A program made the translations under genes and the position numbers. Shown here piece after piece: positions 1 to 10,212 of a stretch of DNA of 46,939 nt (its first letter is position 1; each line of letters opens with the position of its first letter). The notes under the pieces were generated by a model. It was not told the DNA's origin. It saw only the letters and a list, made by a program, of their open reading frames with translations, and did not search any database. The DNA is from Hadesarchaea archaeon (GTDB lineage Archaea > Hadarchaeota > Hadarchaeia > Hadarchaeales > Hadarchaeaceae). Where the stretch lies: contig DAOVGS010000046.1 of the NCBI GenBank assembly GCA_030672285.1, positions 1 to 46,939 on the forward strand. Reading direction: 5' to 3'.

Positions 1-416
1 CTCACATCCTTCGCGCCGTTGAGCCCGCACGTGTGAGGGTTTAGGTAAGCTAAGTTGGGGTGCTCCGGGAACTCCCCCGGGTGGTGGTCAATCACGACGA
101 CATCGCGCTTTTGGCTGAGGATGAACTTGTGGATCGCCTCAATCTGGCCGCTCCCCTGGTCGATGAACACGAAGAGGTCGTGGTCCTCCTTCCCGAGCTC
201 GGCCACCTCGTCCGGCTTTAACGGACGTGTGAACTTGACGTTGAAGGGGACGTTGTACGTGTAAAGACAGCGCGCGAGGATCGCTGCCGCGGCTATCCCG
301 TCTGCATCCGTGTGGGAGATAATCTTGGCGCGAGTATCGCCGCCCAGCCTCGGCTTGAGGAAGGAGACTACCTCCTCGGCTGCTCGCTGGAACCTTCGAA
401 TTTCCGCCCTGCCCAC
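1..416 (-). CDS. DHH-family RecJ-like/GAN nuclease, 5' part (runs off the window start)
   Basis: Not in the ORF track. Manual translation from GTG 416 (SD GGAGG upstream): MGRAEIRRFQ...IISHTDADG...FIDQGSG...VIDHHP...NPH. The position after rps15 matches the archaeal rps15-GAN operon. Confidence 0.9.
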   Translation of the reverse strand, partial: MGRAEIRRFQRAAEEVVSFLKPRLGGDTRAKIISHTDADGIAAAAILARCLYTYNVPFNVKFTRPLKPDEVAELGKEDHDLFVFIDQGSGQIEAIHKFILSQKRDVVVIDHHPGEFPEHPNLAYLNPHTCGLNGAKDV

Positions 417-488
417 GCTGAAACCTCCTTATTTCAACCTTATCTTTTCACTTATTGCGATGGATGCTATTAATGCTTGCCACAAGTT
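391..488. repeat. Degenerate ~100-bp direct repeat, copy A (GAN start plus upstream DNA)
   Basis: Aligns with 1284..1383: first 14 nt identical (AACCTTCGAATTTC), 30/38 over the first block and 30/46 over the second by hand count. Confidence 0.8.
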
Positions 489-539
489 CGTTTCAATAAG
501 GAAACTTAATTTATTCACCATTATGAGCCCATATTTATA

Positions 540-1232
540 ATGAGCGTGAGCCAGATGCCGAGCAAGCATTTGATTGCCATAGTGCTCTTGGTAGGTATTT
601 GTTCGGGTGCAGCTGCGATTTATGTTTGGCAAGGCAGACAAATGGCACAAACAGGGGAGAACGCACAACCAGAGAATGTCTTCTCAATAAACGAACTTTT
701 AGGGAATCCCGAAAACTTTGAAAATAAAACAGTTAGAATTGGGGGAATGATTACCGGCATTCGTACATATTTGGAAAATATTGAGGATGATACTGGAGTG
801 ATTCCGTCCTCACACATTAGCAGTTTTGAGGGAAGTCTTTACAACTATGGTGGGGAAGAGAATGTTGCGATTAGTGCACTTATTAAATATGCGTGGGCGA
901 TGGATCCACCGCACACATTTGTTCTTTACATAGAAAATGTAGAAAAAGCGGGAACAGAACAACCAGGACTTGTTAAAATCAACCAGATTTTAGAAAATTG
1001 GTGGACTTTTTACGATAATGAGGTCACGATAATTGGAACGTATAAAATTGCTTCTACATTTTATACAATCTCCGATAATACTGGAAATATCACTTGTTAT
1101 GGTTCTGGGAGTTTCCCATATAATGTTTGGGAAAATGTCGTAATTGAGGGAAAGGGTGTACTGATACCGTCACCGTCCTCCATACAGCCTTCGTACATCC
1201 TCTGGATAGAAATTCAAAAAATAGAGGGCTGA
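540..1232 (+). CDS. Membrane-anchored protein with two OB-fold-like repeats
   Basis: N-terminal hydrophobic helix. Repeats INELLGNPENFENKTVRIGG...IEDDTGVI and INQILENWWTFYDNEVTIIG...ISDNTGNI. AT-rich and on the opposite strand to the operon. Confidence 0.65.
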   Translation: MSVSQMPSKHLIAIVLLVGICSGAAAIYVWQGRQMAQTGENAQPENVFSINELLGNPENFENKTVRIGGMITGIRTYLENIEDDTGVIPSSHISSFEGSLYNYGGEENVAISALIKYAWAMDPPHTFVLYIENVEKAGTEQPGLVKINQILENWWTFYDNEVTIIGTYKIASTFYTISDNTGNITCYGSGSFPYNVWENVVIEGKGVLIPSPSSIQPSYILWIEIQKIEG

Positions 1233-1283
1233 AGCGGCAGAAGGCTTTTTCTCCTTAAATTAGGTTTCAGCCTGCCGTGCTAC

Positions 1284-1383
1284 AACCTTCGAATTTCAGC
1301 TCGACCCATGTTGGAATCTCCCGTGAGTTTATGACTTTCTTTTAGCCTATCGCAATCTGGACTATTGACATTTGCCACGGGTT
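1284..1383. pseudogene. Repeat copy B: decayed duplicate of the GAN 5' end
   Basis: Minus strand from ATG 1309 reads MGRAEIRRL*HGRLKPNL, versus the functional MGRAEIRRFQ...LKPRL. Confidence 0.75.
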
Positions 1384-1412
1384 GTTACAAAAAATGAGTG
1401 AAAGTTGTTGTC

Positions 1413-1835
1413 TTATGCGCGCACCAAAAGGGCCGCCCGCTCGCGGTCGTACCGCCAGCCGGGTGGTAAAATTCCTTTTTGCTTGTAGTACTTGGCCAGC
1501 TTGACGATCCCGGCCTCGACCACCTCCAGCGCGCGCTTGGTCCCGAAATCCTTTGGGTTGCGGTCGAGGTGAGTGTACAGGGCCACCGCCTTGCGAATTT
1601 TATTCACGAGATCCTCGGGCAGCTCGGGTTTTACGTCGTGAGCATCCAAGATCTGCTTCACACTTTTCCCCGTCGCCTCCTTGATGCTGGGGACCGCGTG
1701 CTGGTCGCGTAGGGTTATACCTATTCGGCTCGGGGGGGTGCCCTCCTTCGCAAGCTTCACCACGAGCTCCTCCACCTCGCTGGCCGATAACTCACTCAGC
1801 CTTGTGCCCCTGCGTTTCCTTTGCTCGTTCGCCAT
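1413..1835 (-). CDS. rps15: 30S ribosomal protein S15 (uS15)
   Basis: EVEELVVKLAKEG..IGITLRDQH..LPEDL..HLDRNPKD..KYYK..LPPGWRY. Start placed at ATG 1835 because the track extension overlaps rdgB. Confidence 0.95.
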   Translation of the reverse strand: MANEQRKRRGTRLSELSASEVEELVVKLAKEGTPPSRIGITLRDQHAVPSIKEATGKSVKQILDAHDVKPELPEDLVNKIRKAVALYTHLDRNPKDFGTKRALEVVEAGIVKLAKYYKQKGILPPGWRYDRERAALLVRA

Positions 1836-1839
1836 TCGT

Positions 1840-2412
1840 TCACCCACGGACCTTCTGCCTTTGTTTATACCACCTGAAAAATGCTTCGATTGCCCGAGCT
1901 CGATGGGAGAAACGGTTCTTCTCGCTCGTCGACATCTCGGCGAACGTTCGCCCATCTCCCTCGCTCGGCACGAAAATCGGGTCGAATCCAAATCCCTGTG
2001 TGCCTTTGGCCTCGAGTGCGATGGTCCCCTCGACCTTCCCCGTGAAGACCTCTGGACTCTCACCCGGTTCGCAGTATCCAACGGCTGACCTGAACTCCGC
2101 CCGCCGATCGTTTTCGCCCGTCATCAGCTTCAGCAAACCTCGGTTGCCCAAAGTTCGGAAGACAAAGTTTGAGTAGGGGCCCGGGAAACCGCGCAGGACC
2201 TCGATGAATAGCCCCGCGTCTTCGGCGAAACAGGGCTGCCTGAGCAGGGCGCATGCTTGCTGGACGCCCGGGCGCACCACCTGTTCGAGCTCGTCCGCTT
2301 GAATCTCGATGTAAGGCGTATCACTGTGCTCAAGCTCAATGCCGTGGCGCGCCGCTAGCTCGCTAACCTCCTCGAACTTGTGGCGGTTGCCCGTGACGAA
2401 GATCAGCGCCAT
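1840..2412 (-). CDS. rdgB: Non-canonical purine NTP pyrophosphatase (RdgB/HAM1)
   Basis: FVTGNRHK, EDAGLFI..L.GFPGPYS, GFGFDPIF, EKNRFSHR motifs. Confidence 0.96.
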   Translation of the reverse strand: MALIFVTGNRHKFEEVSELAARHGIELEHSDTPYIEIQADELEQVVRPGVQQACALLRQPCFAEDAGLFIEVLRGFPGPYSNFVFRTLGNRGLLKLMTGENDRRAEFRSAVGYCEPGESPEVFTGKVEGTIALEAKGTQGFGFDPIFVPSEGDGRTFAEMSTSEKNRFSHRARAIEAFFRWYKQRQKVRG

Positions 2413-3068
2413 GTCCGCTCCTCCTTGGGTACGTAACGCCCACGACGCTCAATTTCTTCAACCCGCTCAATCACCTCGTTCGCCCCCCCACCGAATTCTC
2501 GCTTGTAGCCGGATAAAATCGCGCGGTAAGCCTCGTCGGTGACCCGAAAATGGATACTTTGTAGGGCGCGCCTAAGCAGATGTAAGTCCACCCCGCGAGC
2601 TTCGAGCGAGGGGTTGTACTCACCCAGCCCAAAGTCGACGAAGTAAACCTTGCCCTCGCGCGTCAAGATCATGTTCGAGGTCGTGAGATCCCCGTGCACG
2701 ATGCCGGCGCGGTGCAAGCGGGCCACCTGTCTGCCTATGAGCTCACAGAGCTTCCGTCTCGCTTTGGGTCTCAATTTGTCCAGCACGAGCTTCACCTGCC
2801 TCCCATCGATGAACTCCATCACTATGCGCATGCCCGCCCGGTCGACCTCGTAGACGAGCGGCGTCGGCACCCCAGCTCGCTTGGCATCCGCAAAAAGTTT
2901 CGACTCGAGCGTCGTTCTCGACTCCCGGAGCTGTTTATCGATCTCGAGAATTCGGTAGCGCTTGGCGATGCGATGTTTGACCACGACTTTGCCCTCGCCC
3001 GCGCGATGGAGCACCCGCGCGAATGGCTCGAGGTAGAGGTTTGCTTCCGCACCTTTCTTCATCAACAT
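2403..3068 (-). CDS. bud32: KEOPS kinase Bud32
   Basis: KGAEA, HGDLTTSN, VDFGL motifs; adjacent to kae1. Confidence 0.95.
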   Translation of the reverse strand: MLMKKGAEANLYLEPFARVLHRAGEGKVVVKHRIAKRYRILEIDKQLRESRTTLESKLFADAKRAGVPTPLVYEVDRAGMRIVMEFIDGRQVKLVLDKLRPKARRKLCELIGRQVARLHRAGIVHGDLTTSNMILTREGKVYFVDFGLGEYNPSLEARGVDLHLLRRALQSIHFRVTDEAYRAILSGYKREFGGGANEVIERVEEIERRGRYVPKEERTWR

Positions 3069-4088
<1,020 letters not shown>

Positions 4089-4159
4089 TTAAAGCAATTA
4101 ACCCGAACTAGCTGCCGCTGAGCCAAGCGAGGTTGCCAAAGCCCAGAGTAAAAATGAGC

Positions 4160-4378
4160 TTACTCCGTAACGACTTCAGCTGTCGCAAACCTTTGCCGCA
4201 CCGCAGTGATGCGGACCTTTATCTCATCCCCGGGATTCGTGCCGGGTACGAAGACCACGAAGCCCTGAACGCGGGCAATCCCATCTCCGCCTTTGCCCTT
4301 CGACTCGATCTTCACGTCGTGGGTATCGCCAACGTTCACTGGGGCAGGTGGTCCTCTTTGCTCTCTTTGTCCGTACAC
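4160..4378 (-). CDS. Single TRAM-domain RNA-binding protein
   Basis: [42 protein letters not shown] 4378 behind a GGAG/GAGG-type SD is the likely start. Confidence 0.9.
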   Translation of the reverse strand: MYGQREQRGPPAPVNVGDTHDVKIESKGKGGDGIARVQGFVVFVPGTNPGDEIKVRITAVRQRFATAEVVTE

Positions 4379-4470
4379 CTCTTCAACTCCTTTTTGTTGC
4401 GGGATAAAGTCGGTGGCTGTACTTATAAGTTTGCGTGGAGACAATTGGAAAATGCTCTCGTTTGAATTAA

Positions 4471-4519
4471 CTTTTAGTGTTTAACTAAAAGAAAATTTTT
4501 AAGCGTATTAGTTAACTAA
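4471..4519. promoter_or_regulatory. Palindromic sites in the divergent TRAM/wtpA promoter region
   Basis: CTTTTAGT-N5-ACTAAAAG (4471-4491) and perfect TTAGTTAACTAA (4508-4519); TTAACTAAAAG occurs twice. Confidence 0.45.
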
Positions 4520-4528
4520 AAGGGGACC

Positions 4529-5554
4529 ATGGGTATGAAAAGCGTAGGCACGGAAAAAACCATTATCGTTCTAGTAGTGATAGCTGTCGTCTTGGGTGTA
4601 CTCATATTTTCTATAGGGGGGAAACCCGTGCTGAAGATTTACCACGCTGGTAGCCTTACGGTACCCTTTGAGAAAATTGAAAAACAATTCGAAAGCTCTC
4701 ACGATGTAGACGTGCAGCTCGAACCCCATGGCAGTGTAGAAGCTATTAGCCAGATAACTGAACTTCATAAAGCTGCGGACATCCTCGCCTCGGCGGACTA
4801 CTCGCTGATCCCCAAGATGATGTTCCCTGAGTACGCGGATTGGTATATCCAGTTTGCACGTAACGAAATGGTGCTCGCCCATACCGCCGAGAGCGATTAT
4901 GTGGATGAAATCAACGAGAACAATTGGTATGAGATCCTTAATAGAACCGGCGTGAAGTTTGGATTTAGCAACCCTAACCTTGATCCCTGTGGCTATCGCG
5001 CGGCAATGGTTTTTCAGCTCGCAGAAATTTGGTATGATAACTCCACGATTTTTGATGATTTAATCGTGGCCAATACCAACATCGAGGCGATCGAGGAAAA
5101 TGACAACTATCTAATCGAGGTGCCAGAGGACTTGGATCCAAATACCGATAAGCTGGAGATTTCAGATAAGTCGATAAGCCTACTTGTCAAGTTGGAAGTG
5201 CACAGCATCGATTACGCATTTGAATACAGAAGCGTCGCGGTCCAACGTGGATTTGAATTTGTAGAGCTTCCCGATGGAATCAATCTAGCCAGCATGAACT
5301 ACGAAAACATCTATAAACAAGTTAAGGTGCGGCTCGCGAACGAAAAAATGCTTACCGCCAAATCTATCGTCTATGGGATAACTATACCCAAAAATGCGCC
5401 AAATGAGAATTTGGCAATCGAGTTCATAACATTATTGATAACTGAGTATGGGCAGGAGGTTTTTGAGAATTGTGGTCAACCGCCGATAGTCCCTGCCGTA
5501 ACGAGCGATGTCGATAAACTGCCAGAAAATCTTCAACCATTGGTGATACAGTGA
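4529..5554 (+). CDS. wtpA: Tungstate/molybdate ABC transporter substrate-binding protein
   Basis: HAGSL, GSV...DILASADY, NPNLDPCGYR, EYRSVA, IVYGITIP; N-terminal anchor. Confidence 0.93.
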   Translation: MGMKSVGTEKTIIVLVVIAVVLGVLIFSIGGKPVLKIYHAGSLTVPFEKIEKQFESSHDVDVQLEPHGSVEAISQITELHKAADILASADYSLIPKMMFPEYADWYIQFARNEMVLAHTAESDYVDEINENNWYEILNRTGVKFGFSNPNLDPCGYRAAMVFQLAEIWYDNSTIFDDLIVANTNIEAIEENDNYLIEVPEDLDPNTDKLEISDKSISLLVKLEVHSIDYAFEYRSVAVQRGFEFVELPDGINLASMNYENIYKQVKVRLANEKMLTAKSIVYGITIPKNAPNENLAIEFITLLITEYGQEVFENCGQPPIVPAVTSDVDKLPENLQPLVIQ

Positions 5555-6342
5555 AAATTGAGAGAATAACTGCCTTATTCATCGCGCTTGGAATCCTCAT
5601 TGTAGCTGTTCTTGCCCTTCCAATAGCTAATATTTTTTTCAAGCAATTTGCATTTGACCTGACCGGATTTCTCAGTGCCATCACCGACCAAGCGGTTCTG
5701 AAAGCGGTGGGGCTGAGCTGTTTCTCGGCGTTCCTTGCGGTGCTGGTGACGTTCGTGTTCGGCGTTCCCCTAGCTTATTTGTTAGCGAGGAAGAACTTTC
5801 GAGGAAAAGCGCTCATCGAAGGGATAATAGACCTTCCCATGGCGATACCTCATGTTGTTGCAGGCGTCATGTTGTTGACAGTTTTCGGATTAAGCGGATT
5901 AATTGGCGGGCCGGTCTCACCTTTTCTTAGGTTTGAAGGCGCGCTACCTGGAATTGTGGTCGCGATGGTATTCGTCTCCGCGCCATTCCTCATCAACTCC
6001 GCTAGGGAGGGGTTTCAAAGCGTTGACCCCCGCCTAGAAAAGGTAGCACGGTCCCTAGGCGCTACGGAATGGGAAGCCTTCCGAAAAGTGGCGTTTCCGC
6101 TCGCATTTCCCCAGATATTCAGCGGGGCGATAATGAGTTGGGCGCGCGCGATAAGCGAGTTCGCGGCGGTGATTATGCTCGTTGGATTTTTCCCGATGAT
6201 TGCCCCGGGGATGATTTGGAACAGATTTTACAGCCTAGGGCTTTATGAAGGAATGCGTGTCGCGGTAATACTTCTCCTGATCACCTTATCGGTATTCATT
6301 GGCCTAAAATATCTACGGGGGCGGTTGTATGCTGAGCATTAG
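5551..6342 (+). CDS. wtpB: Tungstate/molybdate ABC permease
   Basis: DLPMAIPH, EAA-like loop LEKVARSLGA, WARAISEF; overlaps the wtpA stop. Confidence 0.92.
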   Translation: MKIERITALFIALGILIVAVLALPIANIFFKQFAFDLTGFLSAITDQAVLKAVGLSCFSAFLAVLVTFVFGVPLAYLLARKNFRGKALIEGIIDLPMAIPHVVAGVMLLTVFGLSGLIGGPVSPFLRFEGALPGIVVAMVFVSAPFLINSAREGFQSVDPRLEKVARSLGATEWEAFRKVAFPLAFPQIFSGAIMSWARAISEFAAVIMLVGFFPMIAPGMIWNRFYSLGLYEGMRVAVILLLITLSVFIGLKYLRGRLYAEH

Positions 6343-7372
6343 GGATTTATCGAAAAAATGGGCCGATTTTTCGCTGACGAACATAGATTTAGATGTCAAA
6401 GAACGGGAGTATTTCACCGTGCTGGGTCCCACTGGGGCGGGAAAGACCCTCATGCTCGAGTTAATCGCTGGGTTTCACCGTCCCGACAAGGGTGAGATCT
6501 GGATAAATGATAAAAACATTACAGACTTTCCTCCTGAACAAAGGAAAGTAGGTTTTGTATACCAAGACTATTTGTTGTTTCCTCACCTAAACGTCGAAGA
6601 AAATGTGAAGTTCGGATTAAGATTGAAAAAAGTTCCTAAACTTGAAACCGATAAAAAAATACAGCGCACAATGAATTTGCTCGGCCTTACTCACCTGTCC
6701 AAAAGATTGCCAAGAACCCTAAGCGGAGGGGAACAGCAAAAAGTGGCTTTAGCTAGGGCGCTCGTGCTCGACCCAGATGTGTTGCTCTTAGATGAACCAT
6801 TAAGCGCTTTAGATGTGCCGACGCAGGAGAGGTTGAGAGGGGAGTTAAAGGATCTCCACGAGAAATCTGGTATCACTACGATTCACGTCACTCATGATCA
6901 TGTCGAAGCAATCCTGTTGGGTGACAGGATAGGCGTCTTGAGCGACGGAAAACTCATTCAAGTTGGAGAGCCAGACGAAATATTCCGGAAACCGAAATCG
7001 GAGTTCATCGCAAAATTCGTTGGAGTTGAAAACATCTTTTCAGGGAAATCGGAGCTAAAGAAAGGTCTCGCTAGAATAGATATCGGGAATGTATTAATTG
7101 AAGCGGTGACACAGAAGGAGGGCAAAGTTAAAGTCTGCATCCGGCCCGAAGACATCCTTCTATCAAAAAGACCGATCAAATCGAGCGGGAGAAACATGCT
7201 GAAGGGTAAGATAACTGAAATCTCCGACCGAGGCACAATTGTAAGGTTAAAAATAGATGTTGGGCGCGAACTGGTGGTAATTATCACCAAGAGATCTTTT
7301 CTAGACATGAAGTTGAGAATCGGCTCGGGGGTTTATGCTGCTTTTAAAGCGTCTTCGGTGCATGTGATTTAA
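6329..7372 (+). CDS. wtpC: Tungstate/molybdate ABC ATPase with C-terminal TOBE domain
   Basis: GPTGAGKT, LSGGEQQ, LLLDEP, VTHD; C-terminus SGRN..G.I...FKASSVHV. Confidence 0.93.
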   Translation: MLSIRDLSKKWADFSLTNIDLDVKEREYFTVLGPTGAGKTLMLELIAGFHRPDKGEIWINDKNITDFPPEQRKVGFVYQDYLLFPHLNVEENVKFGLRLKKVPKLETDKKIQRTMNLLGLTHLSKRLPRTLSGGEQQKVALARALVLDPDVLLLDEPLSALDVPTQERLRGELKDLHEKSGITTIHVTHDHVEAILLGDRIGVLSDGKLIQVGEPDEIFRKPKSEFIAKFVGVENIFSGKSELKKGLARIDIGNVLIEAVTQKEGKVKVCIRPEDILLSKRPIKSSGRNMLKGKITEISDRGTIVRLKIDVGRELVVIITKRSFLDMKLRIGSGVYAAFKASSVHVI

Positions 7373-7380
7373 TCGACAAC

Positions 7381-7390
7381 TTTTGTTTTT
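7381..7390 (+). terminator. Oligo-T tract after wtpC
   Basis: TTTTGTTTTT just after the stop, typical of archaeal intrinsic terminators. Confidence 0.4.
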
Positions 7391-7442
7391 GGCTGCGCCG
7401 AACATTTAAACAACAGCTCAATTATTATATGGTTGGGAGCCG

Positions 7443-8747
7443 ATGTTCCTCCGCAAAATCTTCGGCAAAAAACCGCAAGCACCCGAACCTCAAGTTGAAA
7501 AATTGTCTATAGATTCCCTTGGGGGGCGAGTAGACAAACTCAAGCGGGAAAAGCTCGCGGGGGCCCAATCCAGATTAAACGCCACGCTCGACAGGCTATC
7601 CGAGGAGCGGGAAGCACTTTTAAAGGAATTGAAAACCCTTTCCAATGCCGAACCGACCGATGAAGCTTATCCGGGGTTGCGCACGGCGGCGTTCGAGGCC
7701 CGGAGGCTCCTCGCTGACAAGCTGACCCGTGCGGCCACCTATATCCAGCGGGGCGGGGAGTTCTCGACCGACGACCTCACGACACTAGATGGCAAACTGA
7801 CGAAAATGGTGAACCTCACTACCGACGCGATCGCCACCCACGGCCGCCACGTCCGGGCGTTGTTCGGGCCCCGCTTGAACACAATCGAGCTGCGCCTTCG
7901 ACGGTTGCATGGATTGGTCAGGGAGGTCCATGCCCTCATCGAAGGAACCCTCGGAGAAATGCGCTCGCTGGACTTGATCTCCTCGAAAATATCATCGCAC
8001 AAGGAGCTCCTCAACCGAATCGAGGGCATGCGGACCGATGTGAAATCGTTGGAAAATCGGGGCGGGGCGCTTGAGAAGTTGATCGAGAACGAGAGCGACC
8101 AACTGGCGCGACTCGTCAACAGCGAGGAATTCAAGGGCTTGGACGCGTCTGGGCGTGAGCTCGAACGAATCGAGCGCGAGATAGCCCGCGTAAGGAGCGA
8201 CGCGCCGAGCGCAATCTCGGGACTCAGCAGACCACTCAGGAAGATGGAAAAGCTCGTGAGAGCGGGCGAGTATCAAATGGATCGAGAAACGGTAAAAGTC
8301 CTTGAACTCTGCATCGAGAATCCACTCGAGGTGCTCTCATCGAACGAAAAAATCGCTTCGACCGATACGCTTCTGCAAAAAATGATCAAACTTCTCGAGG
8401 GGCGAAAAATAAGCATGGATGACCGTGAGCGAAGGAAGCGAATGGAGCTAGCTCGGAAACTTCTGGAGGAAAAAACGTTATCGAAGCTTAAGGAGCAGCT
8501 CACTCGCCTTCAAGCCCGCAGGGAAACCCAAAAACGCGCTCGCGAGCAAACATCACTTTTTAAACAAAAGGCGGAGCTCGAAGGTTCGATTGAAAAATAT
8601 AGATCAGACCTGAAACGCGCGCGCGCGACCATAGAGGAGTTCCATCGTGAATCGCAGCGAGCTGAGAAGGATATCGACAAAAACTTGCGCGAGCTGGAAA
8701 AACTTGCAACCGAGACTATCGGCGCGACGATCGAGCTCACTTCTTGA
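7443..8747 (+). CDS. Hypothetical long coiled-coil protein
   Basis: 434-aa ORF rich in E/K/R/L heptads, no P-loop; TTTAAA TATA-like box upstream. Confidence 0.75.
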   Translation: MFLRKIFGKKPQAPEPQVEKLSIDSLGGRVDKLKREKLAGAQSRLNATLDRLSEEREALLKELKTLSNAEPTDEAYPGLRTAAFEARRLLADKLTRAATYIQRGGEFSTDDLTTLDGKLTKMVNLTTDAIATHGRHVRALFGPRLNTIELRLRRLHGLVREVHALIEGTLGEMRSLDLISSKISSHKELLNRIEGMRTDVKSLENRGGALEKLIENESDQLARLVNSEEFKGLDASGRELERIEREIARVRSDAPSAISGLSRPLRKMEKLVRAGEYQMDRETVKVLELCIENPLEVLSSNEKIASTDTLLQKMIKLLEGRKISMDDRERRKRMELARKLLEEKTLSKLKEQLTRLQARRETQKRAREQTSLFKQKAELEGSIEKYRSDLKRARATIEEFHRESQRAEKDIDKNLRELEKLATETIGATIELTS

Positions 8748-8904
8748 AATCGGTGTACCCGCATCGCCCGCAAGCCCAACGGTTCCCGTGGTCAGCCATG
8801 AAGACTCCCGGGCCGCAGCGCGGGCAGGCTGGGCGCAGATGCTCAAGCTTTTCGCCCTCGAGCTTGTAAAGCTTGGCCTTCGCGACCTTAACCTTCTTTG
8901 CCAC
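8737..8904 (-). CDS. rps27ae: 30S ribosomal protein S27Ae (eS31)
   Basis: Not in the track (55 aa). Manual translation: [55 protein letters not shown]. Follows rps24e. Confidence 0.96.
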   Translation of the reverse strand: MAKKVKVAKAKLYKLEGEKLEHLRPACPRCGPGVFMADHGNRWACGRCGYTDFKK

Positions 8905-9379
8905 CCTCGACGGCCTCCTTGGCCTTTTCCTCGGGCTTTGCCCCCTCGGGCGCCTCTGCAGCCTTCTCCGCTTCGGGTTTCTCGGGCTTGGCCGCCTCTT
9001 TCGGTTCCTCAGGTTTTGCTTCCTTCGGTTCCTCTACTTTTTTCTCGGGGGGCTTTTCGACCTTCGGTTTCTCCTCGGGCTTTGCCTCCGCCTTGGCCTC
9101 CTTCGGCATGTCCCGCTCGAGCAAAAATTTGGGCTCCAGCCCCTCGAGTTGTTCGCGGGAGCTGTAGACGCGGGCGATCCCCGATGCCACCTGGCGACCG
9201 TGGGTGCTCGCCAGCTTCTCGATGACGATGAGTTCCTCCGCGACGCCGAGCTGGGCCGCGAGCTGGGCGCGCGCGTCCAAGCGCTTTGGGGTTGGCTCCC
9301 CCGCGTGATCAGCTTTGAATCTCACCTCGGTGCGTTTGAAGAGCGGGCTTTCCGTCTTCTCGATTATCTCGACCTTCAT
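8888..9379 (-). CDS. rps24e: 30S ribosomal protein S24e with a long E/K/A/P-rich tail
   Basis: [24 protein letters not shown] core; conserved position. Confidence 0.93.
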   Translation of the reverse strand: MKVEIIEKTESPLFKRTEVRFKADHAGEPTPKRLDARAQLAAQLGVAEELIVIEKLASTHGRQVASGIARVYSSREQLEGLEPKFLLERDMPKEAKAEAKPEEKPKVEKPPEKKVEEPKEAKPEEPKEAAKPEKPEAEKAAEAPEGAKPEEKAKEAVEGGKEG

Positions 9380-9466
9380 GGTTGCCCCCTTTCACCTCGA
9401 GCGGAGTTCAATTAAACCTTAGCCATGCTTATCGCTAATCCAATTTTCGAGATTGCCTTAAACCAC

Positions 9467-9482
9467 TGGCGAACGTTCGCCA
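9467..9482. promoter_or_regulatory. Perfect 16-bp palindrome TGGCGAACGTTCGCCA
   Basis: Intergenic, 88 bp upstream of rps24e; near-identical copy at 31452. Confidence 0.5.
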
Positions 9483-9520
9483 TTCCATTCAAAAAAAAAA
9501 TAACCCACAATTTCCAAAAA

Positions 9521-10027
9521 TTACCGACTAGTTTCGAATTGCTTTAGCAGCATTTCGATTTCACGACGCTTGGGCTCGGTGACCTCAACGAGTACAAGCC
9601 CTTCGCCGGGCTGCCCGTAGACGACCGCGGAGCCGAGGGGTGCCGAGAGCACGGCGGGCAAGGTAGCGAGGTCCTCCTCCCCCTCGACCACGATTTTCAG
9701 GGGAGGTTTTGCGGCCCCTAGAGCCTCACGCAGCCCCGGGGTGATGGTTCCAGCTTGGTTCTTCACGCGAACGACTTTTGCCTCGAAAGTCTCCACCGCC
9801 CGCTTGGTTTTTTCATCGGCTGGCAAACGCATGACCTTCATATCGACGACTGCCACATCGGGCCTGAGCCCGCCCTCGATCAACTCCGCGGTCACGACAT
9901 CGCCAACCGCGATCAGCCTAGGGGGGTGGAGTTGCCGCAGGCGCTCGATCGCCGCGGTGACATTCGGGAAAAGCTGGCCCAGAGGGCGCTTTAACAGCGA
10001 CCGAACCTCGTCGGGTAACTTTAACAC
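9521..10027 (-). CDS. GTP-dependent dephospho-CoA kinase (DUF359)
   Basis: LKRPLG, AVGDVVT, VVD.K..R, N.AGTIT, VEGEEDLA, YGQP.EG; GTG 10027 overlaps the spt4 stop. Confidence 0.92.
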   Translation of the reverse strand: MLKLPDEVRSLLKRPLGQLFPNVTAAIERLRQLHPPRLIAVGDVVTAELIEGGLRPDVAVVDMKVMRLPADEKTKRAVETFEAKVVRVKNQAGTITPGLREALGAAKPPLKIVVEGEEDLATLPAVLSAPLGSAVVYGQPGEGLVLVEVTEPKRREIEMLLKQFETSR

Positions 10028-10212
10028 TAACGAACCCTCAGCGCGTACTTCCCGGGCTGGGTGATTTTGAGCCGCTTGGCGATCTCGGAGTTCTCTGGGT
10101 CGAGCACGACGACGTACCCAGACCAGTCTCCAGAGAGCTGGGCCCCGCCGCACGCCGGACAGGTGTTCCCCTCGGTGATGAAGTTACACTTGCGGCAGGC
10201 CTTTTCGGTCAA
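10027..10212 (-). CDS. spt4: Transcription elongation factor Spt4 (RpoE'')
   Basis: KACRKC..CPACG..LSGDWSG..DPENSEIA..PGKYALRVR; TTG start overlaps the rpoE1 stop. Confidence 0.96.
   Translation of the reverse strand: MTEKACRKCNFITEGNTCPACGGAQLSGDWSGYVVVLDPENSEIAKRLKITQPGKYALRVR

Noticed and set aside
1836..2081. N-terminal extensions in the ORF track for rps15 (likewise DUF359, spt4, ndk, rnj, gltX)
   Set aside because: They overlap upstream genes or non-coding DNA and lack homology; downstream starts fit translational coupling better
7443..8747. SMC/Rad50 assignment
   Set aside because: No Walker A/B, signature motif or CxxC hook
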